This document shows, in pieces, positions 1-13,725 of a DNA stretch of 64,000 nt. Within the stretch, counting starts at the first letter, position 1. Each line of letters opens with the position of its first letter. The DNA lies in assembly GCA_964234715.1 (NCBI GenBank), contig OZ174284.1. The stretch is one strand, 5' to 3'. This DNA is from Podarcis melisellensis. Taxonomy: Eukaryota. Below the pieces are notes generated by a model that saw nothing but the letters and a program-made list of their open reading frames with translations, was not told the origin of the DNA and did not search any database. The translations under genes and the position numbers were made by a program.

Positions 1-765
1 GTGTCATATGTGTGGCAGGTAAGAACATGGCTGCAAAGGAACAGTCTGGAGATTAAAGTGCATTACTGATGGGCGCTGGCAGCACGCCCTGCTTCCTGAT
101 CAGTGCTGAAAGCACATCTCATTGAAGTTATTTATTTATATTTTATTGATATTATTATAGTAAATTAAAGTAAATAAACAAATAAAAAAGAATAGAAAAA
201 GGAGAGGATACATCAGAAACATTTTTAAAAGCAGAGGAAAGCAGCAGAAACAAAATAAGCATACAATATAATTAAGATTACAAAACTATATAAGCTTATT
301 GTTTCCCTCAAGTATATGTTGATTCATGTGTCACTATGGTTTCGACAAATGCAGTCCAAATATTTATTAAATTTGTCGCCTGTTGTCACAATGACATCAG
401 GTAAATGACAGGTAGGCAGCCCCACATACCTGACAAAGTGGCCTGCAGGGGGTGGGAAAGGTCAGTGTCCAGCCCATGGATCAGCAAAATGTCAAAATTA
501 AAAGATGTCAAAAGATGAAAAGCTACAAACATTTTGTTAAGTATCTCTGCCCCACCCATCATGCCCCTTAGAACAAATCTTCCAAGGTGGAAGCACTGCT
601 GTTGCTGTTATTTAACAAATGTATACCCCTCCTTTCCTCCCAAGGGAGCCCAGGGCAGCTGTTGCTTGTTCTCCGTAATCGCTTTACATTCTCTCCATAG
701 AAGGTCTGCAATTCACAGGAGGAAAAGTGTTTATGAAACCTGTTCTTCTCTTTGTTGGATTTCAG

Positions 766-981
766 GTGGAAATCCAGTTTCCAATATGGCTCAGTCGATT
801 CCTATCCCAGTCTAAAAGGGACGGGACAGGCAGTCTGTTTCTCCATCGTGAAGAATTAGAGGAACAGCTCCTGAACCTGGAGCAGAAGATCCTTGCCAAG
901 GTCTCCGAGGACCAGCGGCTCTCTGCGCGAGATGTCGGGGTGGTACTCCAAAGGGAGGGCGTCATAGGAGTAACAGAAGAG
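766..981 (+). CDS. SUN2: SUN2 coding exon (coiled coil, VEIQFPIWLS...GVIGVTEE)
   Basis: ttcag| acceptor, |gtgag donor, 216 nt. Confidence 0.93.
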
Positions 982-1260
982 GTGAGAATTTGCTTACCAA
1001 TTGGCTGAAGTGGTTCCTCACAAGGACATTTCCGAGAATGATGCTAAGATGGTGATGTAGAATGTTACCTGTGTGTGTGTATTTAGAGGTCTGGAATGTG
1101 AAAGTAATATTGAGGAGCAACAATGAAAAGGCTACCTCACCCCTGCTAAATTTGGCTGAAGAAATGAAGAAAGCTTTGTGGGAAACCAGGAGTGATTTTT
1201 TTGTCCAGTGGCATCCAGTTCTTAATTCTTAGTCTGTGTCCTTTCTTAGCATACTTAGTA

Positions 1261-1459
1261 CAGTAAGCCTGCAATTTGTGTGTTTTTAATTTGTGCGCAT
1301 TCACCTTTACGCACTTGGCAAATTAAAATAATTAAAGGGGGCAGGCGTCCGGGGGGAAAGACTCTGGCAACCCCCCACTCCATTGCACCCAGCGTGTTTA
1401 GACGATACGCGATTTTGGCTTTAGGCGCGATCACCGGAATGTAAGTTATGGGCTTACTG
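1261..1459. mobile_element. Tc1/mariner-type non-autonomous element (MITE)
   Basis: TA|cagtaagcc ... ggcttactg|TA: terminal inverted repeats (TIRs) plus TA target duplication. Confidence 0.75.
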
Positions 1460-2037
1460 TATACCTTAATTCTTAGCATATGTATTTGTATGTGAGTTTG
1501 GTTGCTGGACCTCAAGGTTCTAGTAAAAAAACAAAGTAGGTCTCCAATATCTAAAATGTCTCCAGCTCCACCTGCCTTAGCTGAGCCATAAACTCTGGCT
1601 CTCAACCCCCATGACTGTGATATGGGGCAAGTCTTTGTAAGAATGACATATGTGCAGGTAGCGCTGTGAACACTGCAAATGCTGTATAAATACCAATTAT
1701 CATCATGAAGGAGCCAGTGATCAGGCCTTCTATTCAGGGCTGAACCAGTCAGTCATGCTTGGTAAGGCTTTTCCCTGCCTCCCTTCTGCTCTCATGATTC
1801 TTCCAGGCCATTTCTCAACCCAGATGTCCTATGGCATCAGCACAGCCATGTCCAAACCTACTAGCCCAATGCTCCAAGCTTTGAAAATTCCCAGGGGTAC
1901 AAATTTTACCCTGGGTTTGGTTTTCTTTTCACGGCCACATTATACTTTTAAGCAGATTGCTTCCCCTCAAGTATCCTGGAAGCTGTAGTTCACCCCTCTC
2001 ACAGCTACAATTCCCAGCACCCTTAACAAAGTACAGT

Positions 2038-2667
<630 letters not shown>

Positions 2668-2944
2668 CCTTTGACAACAGTGCAAGCAATATTTTGAGTG
2701 GCATACCAGCAGCCATCCATTAGGTGGCACCCTCAGCCATCCCTTTGCTCCCTGACACAGTAATAACTCTTAACTTTGCTAATATATTTGCTGCTGGATA
2801 TTAAGCCTCAACTCTTATCCTAGGCAGTATCGATTATTGGCAAAATAGTGATCAGTTCTGCAGGGTTTGACAGTTCCTTATTTTTCAGGATGTCACTAAC
2901 AATGTAGTGTGTAAGGCAGGAAGGAATGGTTAAGTCACAATATA

Positions 2945-3072
2945 TGGGTAATATGCAACTAAGTTCACTCAGAATAGACCCACTGAAACTAATGAATATG
3001 ACTAAGTTGTGTCCATTAATTTCAGTGGGTCTACTCACTGAAATTAATGACACTAACTTTTAATATCACCCT
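2945..3072. mobile_element. Short palindromic MITE
   Basis: tagacccactgaaactaatg ... cattaatttcagtgggtcta inverted pair. Confidence 0.55.
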
Positions 3073-3358
3073 ATGCCTCTTCAACCGAGTAAAAATGTGG
3101 CATGATGTTCCCAGGCAAATTTTTGGCACAGCAGCCCCACCAGTCCATACAGTGCAGGTCTCATGTCTTAGTGGTCTGTTGATGCATCACTGATATGCAA
3201 CCGGTCTCAGGATTTGCACCAGCAGAGCTATACCTTAATTCCTCAGGTAGCCTTGCCATTTGCACGGTTTATCTCTAGCTTGACAGAATAGAACAAAACT
3301 GAAAAATAAGTTTTGGAATCCTGAGTTCCTTACATTCATTCCTTTTGTCTTGTTTCAG

Positions 3359-3443
3359 CAAGTTCACCACATTGTCAACCAGGCCCTGAAGCGCTACAGC
3401 GACGATCGCATTGGAATGGTTGATTATGCTCTTGAATCTGCAG
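3359..3443 (+). CDS. SUN2: SUN2 coding exon (QVHHIVNQALKRYSDDRIGMVDYALESA)
   Basis: tttcag| ... |gtatg, 85 nt; absent from the ORF track. Confidence 0.95.
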
Positions 3444-4000
3444 GTATGCAAACTCTGGCTAGGCTGGTCTTTCTGTCCTTATAGCTGTCAAAAAAGGTAG
3501 CCCATGAGCTAGAATTGGCATGATGTTGATTACAGGTACTGCTGCAGGAAGGAATTGTCTGAGAATCTTCTATTTCACGTTAAAAACAACAACAATCATG
3601 CTTCTAGCCCTCATAGTGGCAAAGAATAACCTAAAACTTTGTTGCCAGTTTCTGTTATAAACTGAAAAACCAGAAAGGATTCTTCTCCCTCTGCATATCC
3701 ACACCTATTTTTCTCAAATTTCAGCAATTTTTGTCTCTTCTGTCTCTCCCACAAGATTCAGCTTCTGCTCTCTCCCCAAAAAAGTCCCTAAACCCCAAAT
3801 TGCCCATTCAGAATAATGCATGCAAATATGCACTGAATAACCCAGTTGCAGTTTGGGAATATCTTATTGTTGGAGTGGGAAATGTTAAAGGAGTGTTCAA
3901 ATCTCTTAGATTTATCAGCTGTCTGCATGAGCTCTCTTACTGCTTTGAGCAGAGGGCAAAACGATGTCTCTCTCCTTCACCCATATCTTTTTAACTGCAG

Positions 4001-4116
4001 GGGCCAGTGTTATCAGCACCCGGTGCTCAGAAACCTACGAGACCAAGACTGCATTGCTTAGTCTCTTTGGGATCCCCCTGTGGTACCACTCCCAGTCTCC
4101 ACGAGTCATTCTGCAG
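4001..4116 (+). CDS. SUN2: SUN2 coding exon (GASVISTRCSETY...SPRVILQ)
   Basis: ctgcag| ... |gtagg, 116 nt; includes the KASH-lid region. Confidence 0.96.
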
Positions 4117-4529
4117 GTAGGTCTTATGGCCCTGCCCTACCTTTTCTTCGTTATTGTATTCTCCCCAAAGTGTCTGGTTCAAATCCACAATACCTCACCC
4201 AGCAGATTCTTTTTATTTAGACGTTCATCCTAGAAGGTTGGTATGTATTGAGAATATCCACAACTACTCTATAAAGTAAGCTGGGACAGAGAGTGTGTGT
4301 GACTGGCCCAGTAAACTTCATATGCAAGCAGGTATCAATATAGCGGTCTCAAATGTTGAGCTGGAGAAAATATGCTGTGTGTGCTATTACATGCTCAGAC
4401 AAAGCGTATCAAGGCTTTGCATAAACTCCCCACTAGACAGAATCTGGAACCTGGCAGTTTACCTTCCTGAGAAACTCTTCCTTTTTGCCTTGGGTTCTTT
4501 TGCAACTATTGCCCCGGTGTGTGGTCTGA

Positions 4530-4660
4530 AGGCACCTTGCTAAAGCTAAGCAGATCTGGCTCTGATCTATACCTGGATGGCTGACTGCCCAGAAACTACA
4601 TGTATGGCACTTTGGGTTCCAAGATGGAAGGAAAGCAGGATATTGATGTAAAAAATTAAA
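4530..4660 (+). mobile_element. 5S rRNA-derived SINE fragment
   Basis: aagctaagcagatctggctctgatctatacctggatggctgactgcc resembles the 5S rRNA internal control region (aagctaagcagggtcgggcctggttagtacttggatgggagaccgcc), followed by an A-rich LINE-like tail. Confidence 0.6.
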
Positions 4661-5195
4661 CAGAACTGTGGCAGTAAAAATAAAACCACCTTGTAGGAAG
4701 CAGAGAGGTAGTGAGTGCAGTAAGGAACAGGGGTCCACATGACTTCATCACAAGAATGCGCCATATTCTACATTATAAGGGGGAGAAAGCACGTGACAGA
4801 ACTGATTGCCATATTCAGCAGCATTCCCGTGTCAATTACAGCATGTCTTTCCACCTTGAACTCCTTGGAAATGAAGGCGAAATGTATGTTACAGATGGAG
4901 CAATCTGCTCCCTGACCTGCATGGAATTCCTAGTCACCTGCCAGGTGATTTGTTAAATACTTATTAACAAATGTTTAAAAGTCCCTTTGCCCTGTTTTAT
5001 ATGGAATACTATAACAGTACCACAAGGTGCGAAGGGTTGTGTTAAATTTGTGTACAAGTACCAACCCAGAGATCATTGTGTTTTCCCTCCTGGTCTTTGC
5101 ATATTGGAGCATCATCTCTGCTTTCAGATACAATGGTTAAGTCTAACATATGGCAGCCTCTTACCTAAAACTCTGTGTGTTTGATTTAATTTCAG

Positions 5196-5363
5196 CCAGA
5201 TGTCCACCCTGGGAACTGCTGGGCATTCCAAGGCTCCCAAGGCTTTGCTGTCATTCGCCTTTCGAGCAACATCAGTCCCACAGCTGTGACGCTAGAACAC
5301 ATCTCCAAAGCCCTCTCTCCCAAAGGGACCATTCCCAGCGCCCCCAAGGACTTTGCGGTCTAT
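5196..5363 (+). CDS. SUN2: SUN2 coding exon (PDVHPGNCWAFQG...SAPKDFAVY)
   Basis: ttcag| ... |gtaag, 168 nt. Confidence 0.96.
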
Positions 5364-6719
5364 GTAAGTCACTCTTTGGGACCTGGGGGGCGGGGGACGT
5401 CATAGATTGGACAAGTTTGAAAGAGGCACACAGGAGATAATTTCCCATTCTCAGTCAGAAGAGGGAGGCTTCTCCCACACTTTGCTAGCTGGGGTTCCAA
5501 TAGCATCCAGGGCTTTTCCACCAGAAGAGTCTCCTCAGATTTTTTTCTCTCTCTCCAAAGTACAGCAAGATGCCCTTCTTAAATTTGCCCAACTGGGTCG
5601 TCAGATGCACAATATACATTTAAACCAATATTATTCCACTTTACACAGTTATGGCTTCCCCCCAAAGACTCCTGGGAACTGTAGTTTGTGAAGTGTGCTG
5701 AGAGGAGGCCCCTACTAACCTTACAGAGCTACTGTTGACAGATTTCCCTGGAAAAAGGGACTGATTGTTGCTCAGCATCTTTAGCAAACGGTACTTCCCA
5801 GTAAGCTTCATGGCCTGGGGGATTTGAACCCTGGTTTCCCACGTCCTAGTCTGACGCTACACCACACTGGCTCTCAGTTCAATCATATACATCAGCTTTC
5901 ACCCACCTGGTGTCCTCCAAGTGTTTTGGACCACAACTGCCGTCAGTTGTGCTGGCTGAGGCTGATGGGAGTTGTAGTCCAAAGAGCCCCATGTTGGCCA
6001 AGGCTGATGTGCAGTGTGAATACAGATGCACCAGGCAACCCAAGAGTCTGGGGTGAAAGGAGCCATTTGTTAGAAACCTTGGGATCATTAATGATGAAGG
6101 TTGGATTGGTACAACCAAGACTGCAGGCATATGTATGATGCACACTGATGTTAGTCTTTGTCCAACTTACACTGCTGCAGCTCCCCCACCTCCCTAAGAA
6201 TCCTGGGAACTGTAGTATGAATGTCTTGAAATTTCATTTGGAGCCCGAGAACCATCCTGCAGAACTGCAATTCCCAGGGTATTCAAGAGGGAAAGAATGA
6301 ATTGAGACAGTATAAGGCACTGCATTCACATCAATCTTTTACAGCACATGGCTTTTCTCAAAAATCCTGGGGATCGTAGTTACCCCACTCTCAGCACCCT
6401 TAACAAATGACGGGTCCCAGGTATGGAGGTGTGAGATTCCAAAATTGCACCTCTCTTTGGGAAAGGAGGGAGAGGCATTCACGTTCATAACTACCATCAG
6501 CCTTCTTTCCCCACCCCTCTACTGCTCCCATTTGTCCCTTACCTCCTCATAGCCCTGTGTGTTTCATTTTGGCATGCAGCCACAAGACTGGCCTTTAACC
6601 GCACTTGTGTCCCTCTCCCCTCTCTGATCCTGCGGTTGCTCTGATCTCCCCACGGCCCTCCCCTCCCCATTCTCTCACCCCCTTCCCTCCTTCTCCCCAA
6701 CCTGTTTTTGTTTCCACAG

Positions 6720-6812
6720 GGCTTAACAGAAGAAGGGCAGCAAGAGGGCACCCTCCTTGGCCAGTTCACGTACAGCCAGGATGGGGATCCCATTCAAACA
6801 TTCCACTTGCAG
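6720..6812 (+). CDS. SUN2: SUN2 coding exon (GLTEEGQQEGTLLGQFTYSQDGDPIQTFHLQ)
   Basis: ccacag| ... |gtaag, 93 nt. Confidence 0.95.
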
Positions 6813-6896
6813 GTAAGCAAGGAAAAGGTGCAAGGTTTGAAGGGTGGCGGTGGGTCCAAACCCTAGCCAAGGTAGAACTGGAGAGTGTGGTAGCTT

Positions 6897-7075
6897 TTAG
6901 GAAGCTACCTCAGACTGAATCAGGCGACTTGGTCCATCTAGTTCAGTATTGTCTACACTGATGGGCAGCTGGTCTCCAGGGTTTCAGGTACGGCAGGGGC
7001 CCCCTCTCAGCCCTACATGAAGATGCCAGAGATTGAGCTTGGGACCTCATGCATGCAAATGCTATAACTCTTCCC
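6897..7075 (-). mobile_element. tRNA-derived squamate SINE
   Basis: Degenerate B-box (gagattgagcttgggacc on the + strand) and a body matching a common squamate SINE (ccatctagttcagtattgtctacactga). Confidence 0.55.
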
Positions 7076-7764
7076 CAAAGGAAGCTTTGGTTGGGTTTTA
7101 AGCCAGGGAAGCTGCAGCCCTCCAGTTGCTGCTGAACTCCTATCAGCTGCTGCATCAGGAAGGCCAGTGGGCAGGGATGGTTAGAGTTGTAGTCCAGCAG
7201 GACAACACCCCCCCCAAAAAAAGTATTGTATAAAATTATATATAAAAAGTTACAGGACATTAGCAGGAAGCAATGCAACATGTGCTGATTAGAAATGAAG
7301 CAGTAGTATAGGATCAGCATTACACTAGCCATAGCTGTATGTGTAATAAATAGGATCAAAAGAGACTGAAACAATTCATTTTTGTACCTCAAGTCATCAT
7401 AGGACTTGTTTGTTATTTAAATTGAATAAATTAATTGTATTGCAGCACATGCCTAATATTTGGTGATGCTAGGCGTGGAGTAGTCAGATAAATTTTACCT
7501 GTGGTTGCGGCAGGTATAAAGAGGGGTTATTGAAATACCCATCAACAACTCGGCTCAGGGCTGTACATCTTGTTAAGAGTGGGAAGGTGGTACCTGGGAT
7601 TGTGAGCAGTGCCAGAGCATCTCACAGAAGAGGGTGGTGGTGAAGACGGCGGCATGGCAGCCCTCTATCTCCAAAGAAACAAGCTTGATGCTTCTCTGGC
7701 CCTCAGTATTTCGCCTTTCTCTCTTCCCTTTTCCCTCCCCGCTTCCCCTTTTTTCCATCTTCAG

Positions 7765-7881
7765 GATGAAGGCAGGATTGCAGCTTTCCAGCTTATTGAG
7801 CTTAGAGTTCTCAGCAACTGGGGCCACCCGGAGTACACCTGTATTTATCGTTTCCGCGTGCATGGGGAGCCGGTCCCTTAA
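7765..7881 (+). CDS. SUN2: SUN2 last coding exon (DEGRIAAFQLIELRVLSNWGHPEYTCIYRFRVHGEPVP*)
   Basis: cttcag| acceptor, TAA stop; canonical SUN-domain C-terminus. Confidence 0.96.
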   Translation, partial: DEGRIAAFQLIELRVLSNWGHPEYTCIYRFRVHGEPVP

Positions 7882-10800
7882 CCCCTCCTGCATGCCGCAG
7901 CCTTGCTCACTGGCTACCTCAAGTTCTGCGCCTCAGACTGACAAAAGGCAGACGGAGAAAAGCAGTGTTGGAAAGGAGAGCAACTTGGGATGAGTGACGC
8001 TTCTATTTGTTACGAGGGGAAGCATGGAGGCTTCAAAATTCCTATCCTGGTCAATTGGTTCTCTCCTAAGGGCAGGGGGTGGGGGTACCTTTCAGTATGC
8101 AGAGGGAGAAAGAGGGCTTCTTGATTTTTGGTATTTTATATTCAGCTTTTTGGGGGGAAACCAAAAGCCTATGCAGTTCATCTCTTCCCTCTCCACCATC
8201 AAGGAAAAATAGTTTCTGGGTGTTCCTTTAGAAAGCTGTGCCATGATACTGTCATAGTTCTATCAGTGTTTATGTAATAATATTATATTGGGGGGGGAGT
8301 GTATCTATGGATTTTTTCTTTGATAAGGGTAGTAGGAGACCCCATGCTGTTGTTTTTCCCTTTCCTGGGTTGGAAAGGTTTAATTTTTCATTTATCACAC
8401 TGTAAAAAGTGGTTTGGCGTTGGCTGCAAAAGGAGCCTGCACAGTCGAAAAAGACAGAGGGGGAAATTGATGTTTATTTAAATGAGGCTGCAATCCTAAC
8501 CAAGCTTACTAGCAAGTAAGCCCCATTTTGCTTAGTGGGAATTACTTCAGCGTGAACATGCATGGGCTTGCCCTGTCAGGTTAAGTATTTAACAACAAAG
8601 GCTGCCGTGTTGAAAGATGGGAGAAGAGCCTACTTTACAGTGCTCAGAGTTGGTTTTCTAATGGAACTGCTTAGCTCTGCTAATATGTATCACTGTTGGA
8701 ACTCATTCCCATTCTACAACGCTTAATTTTCTAGAGGGAATGAATATTGTCTGGCCAGCACGGTCGTGCTTGCTTAGCCTAACTCCCAGGTGTGGCAGGG
8801 CTGCTTGTTAAGTGGCAAGGGAAAGCATTTTGTACATGTTCAGAGACACCCATTATCTCAGAGAAAGTGCCCCAATCTTAAAATAGAGCTTACAGGGCCT
8901 TGATGAGCCCTGCTTCAAATAAACTTCATTTTCTTCCATTGTAAAGCAAACAAGGGGTGCTTGGCTCTTGTTCTGCAGGTTTTAACTCACATGCTGCTGC
9001 AATGCCCAGTGGGTTCATATGGTCAAAAAGGGCGAGGAAAATCTTTCCACATTTCTGCACCTGATCCCCACATGCAGTAAGACAAGGTAGTATAAGCAGC
9101 TCAAGTTCTGAGGTGGTACAATGGACAGCCTTGCATTTTCCCATCCATACTGTTAGTAGAAAACTAGCAGAGGAATCAAGGTGGGATTTCTCTCCCTGCT
9201 ATGCCAGTTTTTATTCTAATTTGCAAAGGGCATTTTAAAAAATGGCATACATACCCATCTTTACTCTGAAGTGGTACGCTCTATGTGATTGCCTCATTCT
9301 TCTGCAATATATAGACTAGCCCATACGGGAAATCTCATGACTACTTGGGTAAGGTAATAGAGATCAGAATTTGTTACATTTGCCTAACATTAATATTTGC
9401 TGACTAGTTATTTATAGTAAATAGGTATCTGTAGTTGCCAGCAGTAACAGTTGTACTCTGGAGGGACAGCCTTCCTGGTATGAATACAGTATCTCATAAA
9501 ATAGTGCCTTCATCTAGGCTTTTACCAAACTTAAGGCTGAAAACACATGGGCAGTGCTGAGTACTGAAAATTTCTGAACTGAAATTAATGTAGGAGCAAT
9601 CAGGGTTTCTTTCCGACCTGCCTTTTATTTTCAGGGCAAGCTGGCTGTGCGGAGTTCCGATAAGCTAGTACTTAACATAAGCAGGAGGCTGTGTCCTTCC
9701 CACCTCCCTTCCAGCTATCTGTGGAGAGTGCTGATTGCCACAACAGCTGGCCCATTGTTCTTCATTTGGGCTTGGCCATAGCAATAATGTCCATTTAGGG
9801 ATGGCACCAAATAAACATTTAGAAATATAAGACATACAGGCATTTGGGGAACTGGCAAAAGCTAAGTTGTGCCCGAAAAGGGGAGCGAGAAGCTGCAAAA
9901 ATTCATACTGGCCGCAAATTTGTTATGTCAGTGGAGAAGTCAGTGTGGCAGGAGGAAAAACAGTGTTTGTCCCATAGCAGAAAAACCCACTCTCACTCCT
10001 GGAGGGGAAAGCATTTGTCTTCATCCTAAATCCCAAGAGGAGTGGGCTAATGCTGTGTCCAGCTTGAGGAGTTCCCCAAGCTATATAGAATACAGCTGGT
10101 TTCTCAACTATATTGAGGGGCCAAGTAGACTCTGAGTAAATATGATCAAGGGCACAGTTGCACACCTTTTGAGGATGCTATGACAGGAAAGTGGCATTAG
10201 TTATGTGTAGAAGCCACTTTGGCAGTATATAAATTAATTACATAATGACACATATGAAGTAGATAAGGGGTTGAACAGAAGACAAGCTTCTGTGCAATTC
10301 TAATAAGCAGAACATATCCATAAGGAAATAACAGTATTACATGGGTCTCACAGCTTCAGTGTTAAAAAAAAGTCATAAGGATTGATGAAGGTAGCTCAAA
10401 TGACAAGAGGGCAGCTTTCCTGTTTTAAACCTGAAACCATGAGTGGTAGTGGGATTTAGCATACACTCTCCTCCACCCCAACAACAGCTTTTGCCTGGAT
10501 GCTTCTGGTAACACATAATCCTGATTATAACTAAAGGGTCTAGCATTGCTAACACATATCTATCTATGCATTCTTGCTAAGCTACTGTGGAAGTACATCA
10601 ACACAGTTTATCTGCTAAGTATTTCACAGCTTTGGGGAGCACTCACCCTATGAGTGCTTTCCCCAGTCTGGTGCTGTTAGCTGCTCCAGCTAACACAGCC
10701 ATGCGGTTTGCAGGATCAGTTAAGATGACCTTCACTATTAGAAAAGGCACATCATTCTATCAGGGTCCAGTGATAACTGCTATGCTCTTTGGTCTATGGC

Positions 10801-11074
10801 AGAATCCTTGTGAAGTGTTTTATGCCCTTGCATGCAACAGGAGAATAAAGGCCAGTTCCAACAGTTTTTTTACTAGAAAACAAGTAGAAGGACCACATGG
10901 TCAAAAGCAACTCTTGCTTTGTATCCGGCAGGAGTTGCATAATCTGACATGCAAACATAGCAGCATTCTGGAAGGCGTTTGCGCGCGGTTTGTATTACAA
11001 AAATACACTGGCCAGGTTTCCCTGCTTTTTTCATCTGAAATACAGAATAAGGGCTAGGAAAAAACCCAGGCTGT

Positions 11075-11285
11075 TACAGGAGGGTGGATTGCAGTTAAAC
11101 CTTAGGAGAAACTTCTTTAAAGGTAAGAGCAATCTGACAGTGGAACCAATTGTCTTGAGGGGTGCTGGGCTTTTGCTTACTGGATGTCTTTGGGCAGATA
11201 GCTCTTTGCTGGGAGGGATACAGCTCCAGATTCTCTGCAGTGCTGGGGCAATGTTGGGCGAGGTAGCCTGAAGGACCCCAGCTGA
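11075..11285 (+). mobile_element. Degenerate CR1 3' fragment
   Basis: Similar to 2437-2640 (ttaggagaaacttcttt..ggtaagagc...cagtggaac). Confidence 0.65.
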
Positions 11286-12245
11286 TTGTGAAATTAGGCA
11301 GTTTTAGAGGCTTGCTTCAGCTCACCATGCTTGGTAGGCAACCTGTTGTGCTTCTATAAAGCACTAGGTCAACTTATGGGGGTGGGGTGGGGTGGGGTGA
11401 GGTGAGGTGGGAATTTCTAATAAAAACCTGTGTGTTTTTTGTAGGCTAAAGAAAATATAGGTAACTTACTCTTGTCTTTGTACTCTCCAAAAGATGGGGG
11501 TGTAATAAGCACTGATTTTTACCTGTTCTCTACTCCTCATAAAAGAGGTTGATGGCTAGGTTGTACTTGGGAGAGAATGGAGAGAAGTCTGTTTAGGGGT
11601 GTATAAATCCCATGTTGATCATTGTGGGGTAGTTTCCCGCAGTTGGGCTCCATTCAATAATTTATGTAGATAGGCTTCTCTGCTCTATTAGCTGCATGGA
11701 AAGAAAGGATGTGTTTAACAGACCCTAAGTGTAACAAAGTGATTAAAAATCTAGAGTGACCAAATGAACATTCAGTGAGCTTATGAATGAATGCATTTGG
11801 AAAAGCATGTAACTTTCCCGGTCCTAGGGTCTACTCAAAGCCACATCAAGCAAAGAGTAAACAGTTGAAGAATGCTGGTGAGTCATGCACATAATGGCTT
11901 CATGACAACTGTAGGCATTTCATGCTTGTGTCAGCTCCCTGACCAGTAGCAAGGTGCTCAGATGGCATTTGCAAGGCGAGAGCAAGTAGGCGGCACCTTC
12001 CAAAGCATGACTTCTTTGCCCGCTCCCTTTACTTTTGACCTGGCCTGTTGTACTCTGCAAAGCACCATGCACACTGATGGTGCTTTACAAATAATAATGC
12101 TTCTCCTACGAAAACAGTTATGTACAAAGTGTGCTTGGATTTGTATCTAAGACTGTATGTAGCCTGTTGCAAATGCTGCACTGTTCCGTTCCTTATTTTC
12201 TATCTCTGGATTGTAATTTATGCCTATGCAAAAGAAACTCGAGAC

Positions 12246-12251
12246 AATAAA
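12246..12251 (+). terminator. Candidate distal SUN2 polyadenylation signal (other AATAAA at 8918, 9810, 11419)
   Basis: AATAAA preceded by several TGTA elements and followed by a U-rich tract. Confidence 0.45.
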
Positions 12252-12367
12252 CAATTTTTTTTAAAAAAGGGTGAAGTTGACCATTGGTGAAGAGGGGACA
12301 CCTTTTGGCCAGGGTGAAGGCTAGAAGCATTAGCGAGAAATAAGTTGCATTGGAGCTGTTGTCACTG

Positions 12368-12573
12368 TCATCCACATTTCTGTTCCTTCTGCCTGAGGTT
12401 TTTCTTTAGTCCACTGCTTTCCCCGGGAAAACCCACTGTTTACTGCTGAATTGGAACAAGCCTCAATCTGCAAAAAATTTGATTGACATTTGTTCCAATT
12501 CAGTGATACACAGCAGGTTTTCCCAGGGAAAGCAGTGGGACTAAAGAAAAACCTCTCAGACAGTGTGGATGAG
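12368..12573. repeat. Long imperfect inverted repeat (palindromic MITE-like hairpin)
   Basis: Arms 12390-12468 and 12481-12562 are reverse complements at roughly 85% identity by eye, with a 12-nt loop; outer tcatccaca/tgtggatga pair. Confidence 0.85.
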
Positions 12574-13539
12574 CCCTCAGTCAGTGCAGGAACACACATT
12601 CAAACTCAACATTATGAAGCCAATGCGAGAGGGGGGGAAAGGAGAAATCGCCCCTTGTGTGTTGTTTACATTATAAGCCTGCAGGCAGAAACTGTCCTGT
12701 TTCAATTGATTGTATGTAAGCTGCTCTGGGAGCCGTTTTGACTGAAAAGTGGATACAAATGCTCTTGTAAAATTCAGCCAATGCCCTTATTTTTAATTGC
12801 AGCAATTTTAATCAACCAAACGATAGCCTGGCTCTTATCTGTGCCTAGATGGGAAACAGAACAGGGTTCATGACTGCAGAGACGTCTGCAGGTTCTAGCC
12901 CCTTTCCAACATAGTTGTATTTTGCAACTACTGCAAACCACTAACTTGGGAGACTTTGGTAATTTAAACACTATAAAAATGCCATAAATAAGCAAGTGGG
13001 ACAGCTGAGTTCCAACTGCATTGCTTCCTGGTCCAATGCAAACTACCATTCAATATATTTTACTACTTAAGTTTAAAGTGCAATTTAAGCCACTCTGAAA
13101 ACCACTCCACTTATAAGAGCAGGGTACAAGTACTGAAAATAGAAATGTAAAAAATTAAAACCTACTATTCCAACATATTTTCTATATGTTAAGTTCATTC
13201 TCTCCAGTTCCTATCATCTGAAAGATCACCAGCAAGGTTTGGAAATACTTAATCATTTTCCATGCCATGCGTTTGATGGGCTTAACAGACCAGCAGCATT
13301 TCTCCAGCAGATGCACCTTCTCACAAGGAGGGAGGATGCTACAACTAATGACATTTCCCCAGGTGTCACTATTAAAGTCCTTTCCTCCTTTTAAAAGTTT
13401 GGCAATACCTTTTGACTTTCGGCTTCTGCTTAGGTGCTGAAGTTCACTGGTATACTGCCCAGTTGCCAACTTTTATTCCTTTGCCTTTAACAGCTGCCCG
13501 AATAGCAGGAATTCAGCAGACAGGAGCTAGCATGATTGA

Positions 13540-13725
13540 AATGCAGTGGTTAGAATGTAGATAAGGACTAGGACTGGGGAAGACACTGGTTCAAACCCCC
13601 ACACTGCCATATAAAGCTTACCGAGTGACCTTTGGTCTCTGCACCTCACCTACTTCATAGTGTCATAGTGTACACTGCTCCCCAACCTTGAGCTGCTTGG
13701 AGAAAAAATGAGGGGGAAATGTAAA
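13540..13725 (+). mobile_element. tRNA-derived SINE (MIR/Squam3-like)
   Basis: A-box gcagtggttaga, B-box ggttcaaaccc, core cctcacctacttca, A-rich tail. Confidence 0.65.

Noticed and set aside
1-23. gtgtcatatgtgtggcag|gtaag as the end of an upstream SUN2 exon
   Set aside because: Good donor and phase 0, but VSYVWQ does not resemble the expected SUN2 residues, and it is too short at the window edge to judge.
13540-13610. tRNA-like A/B boxes here and at about 5820, 29070, 36050 and 60000
   Set aside because: These are SINE heads with no complete cloverleaf, not tRNA genes.
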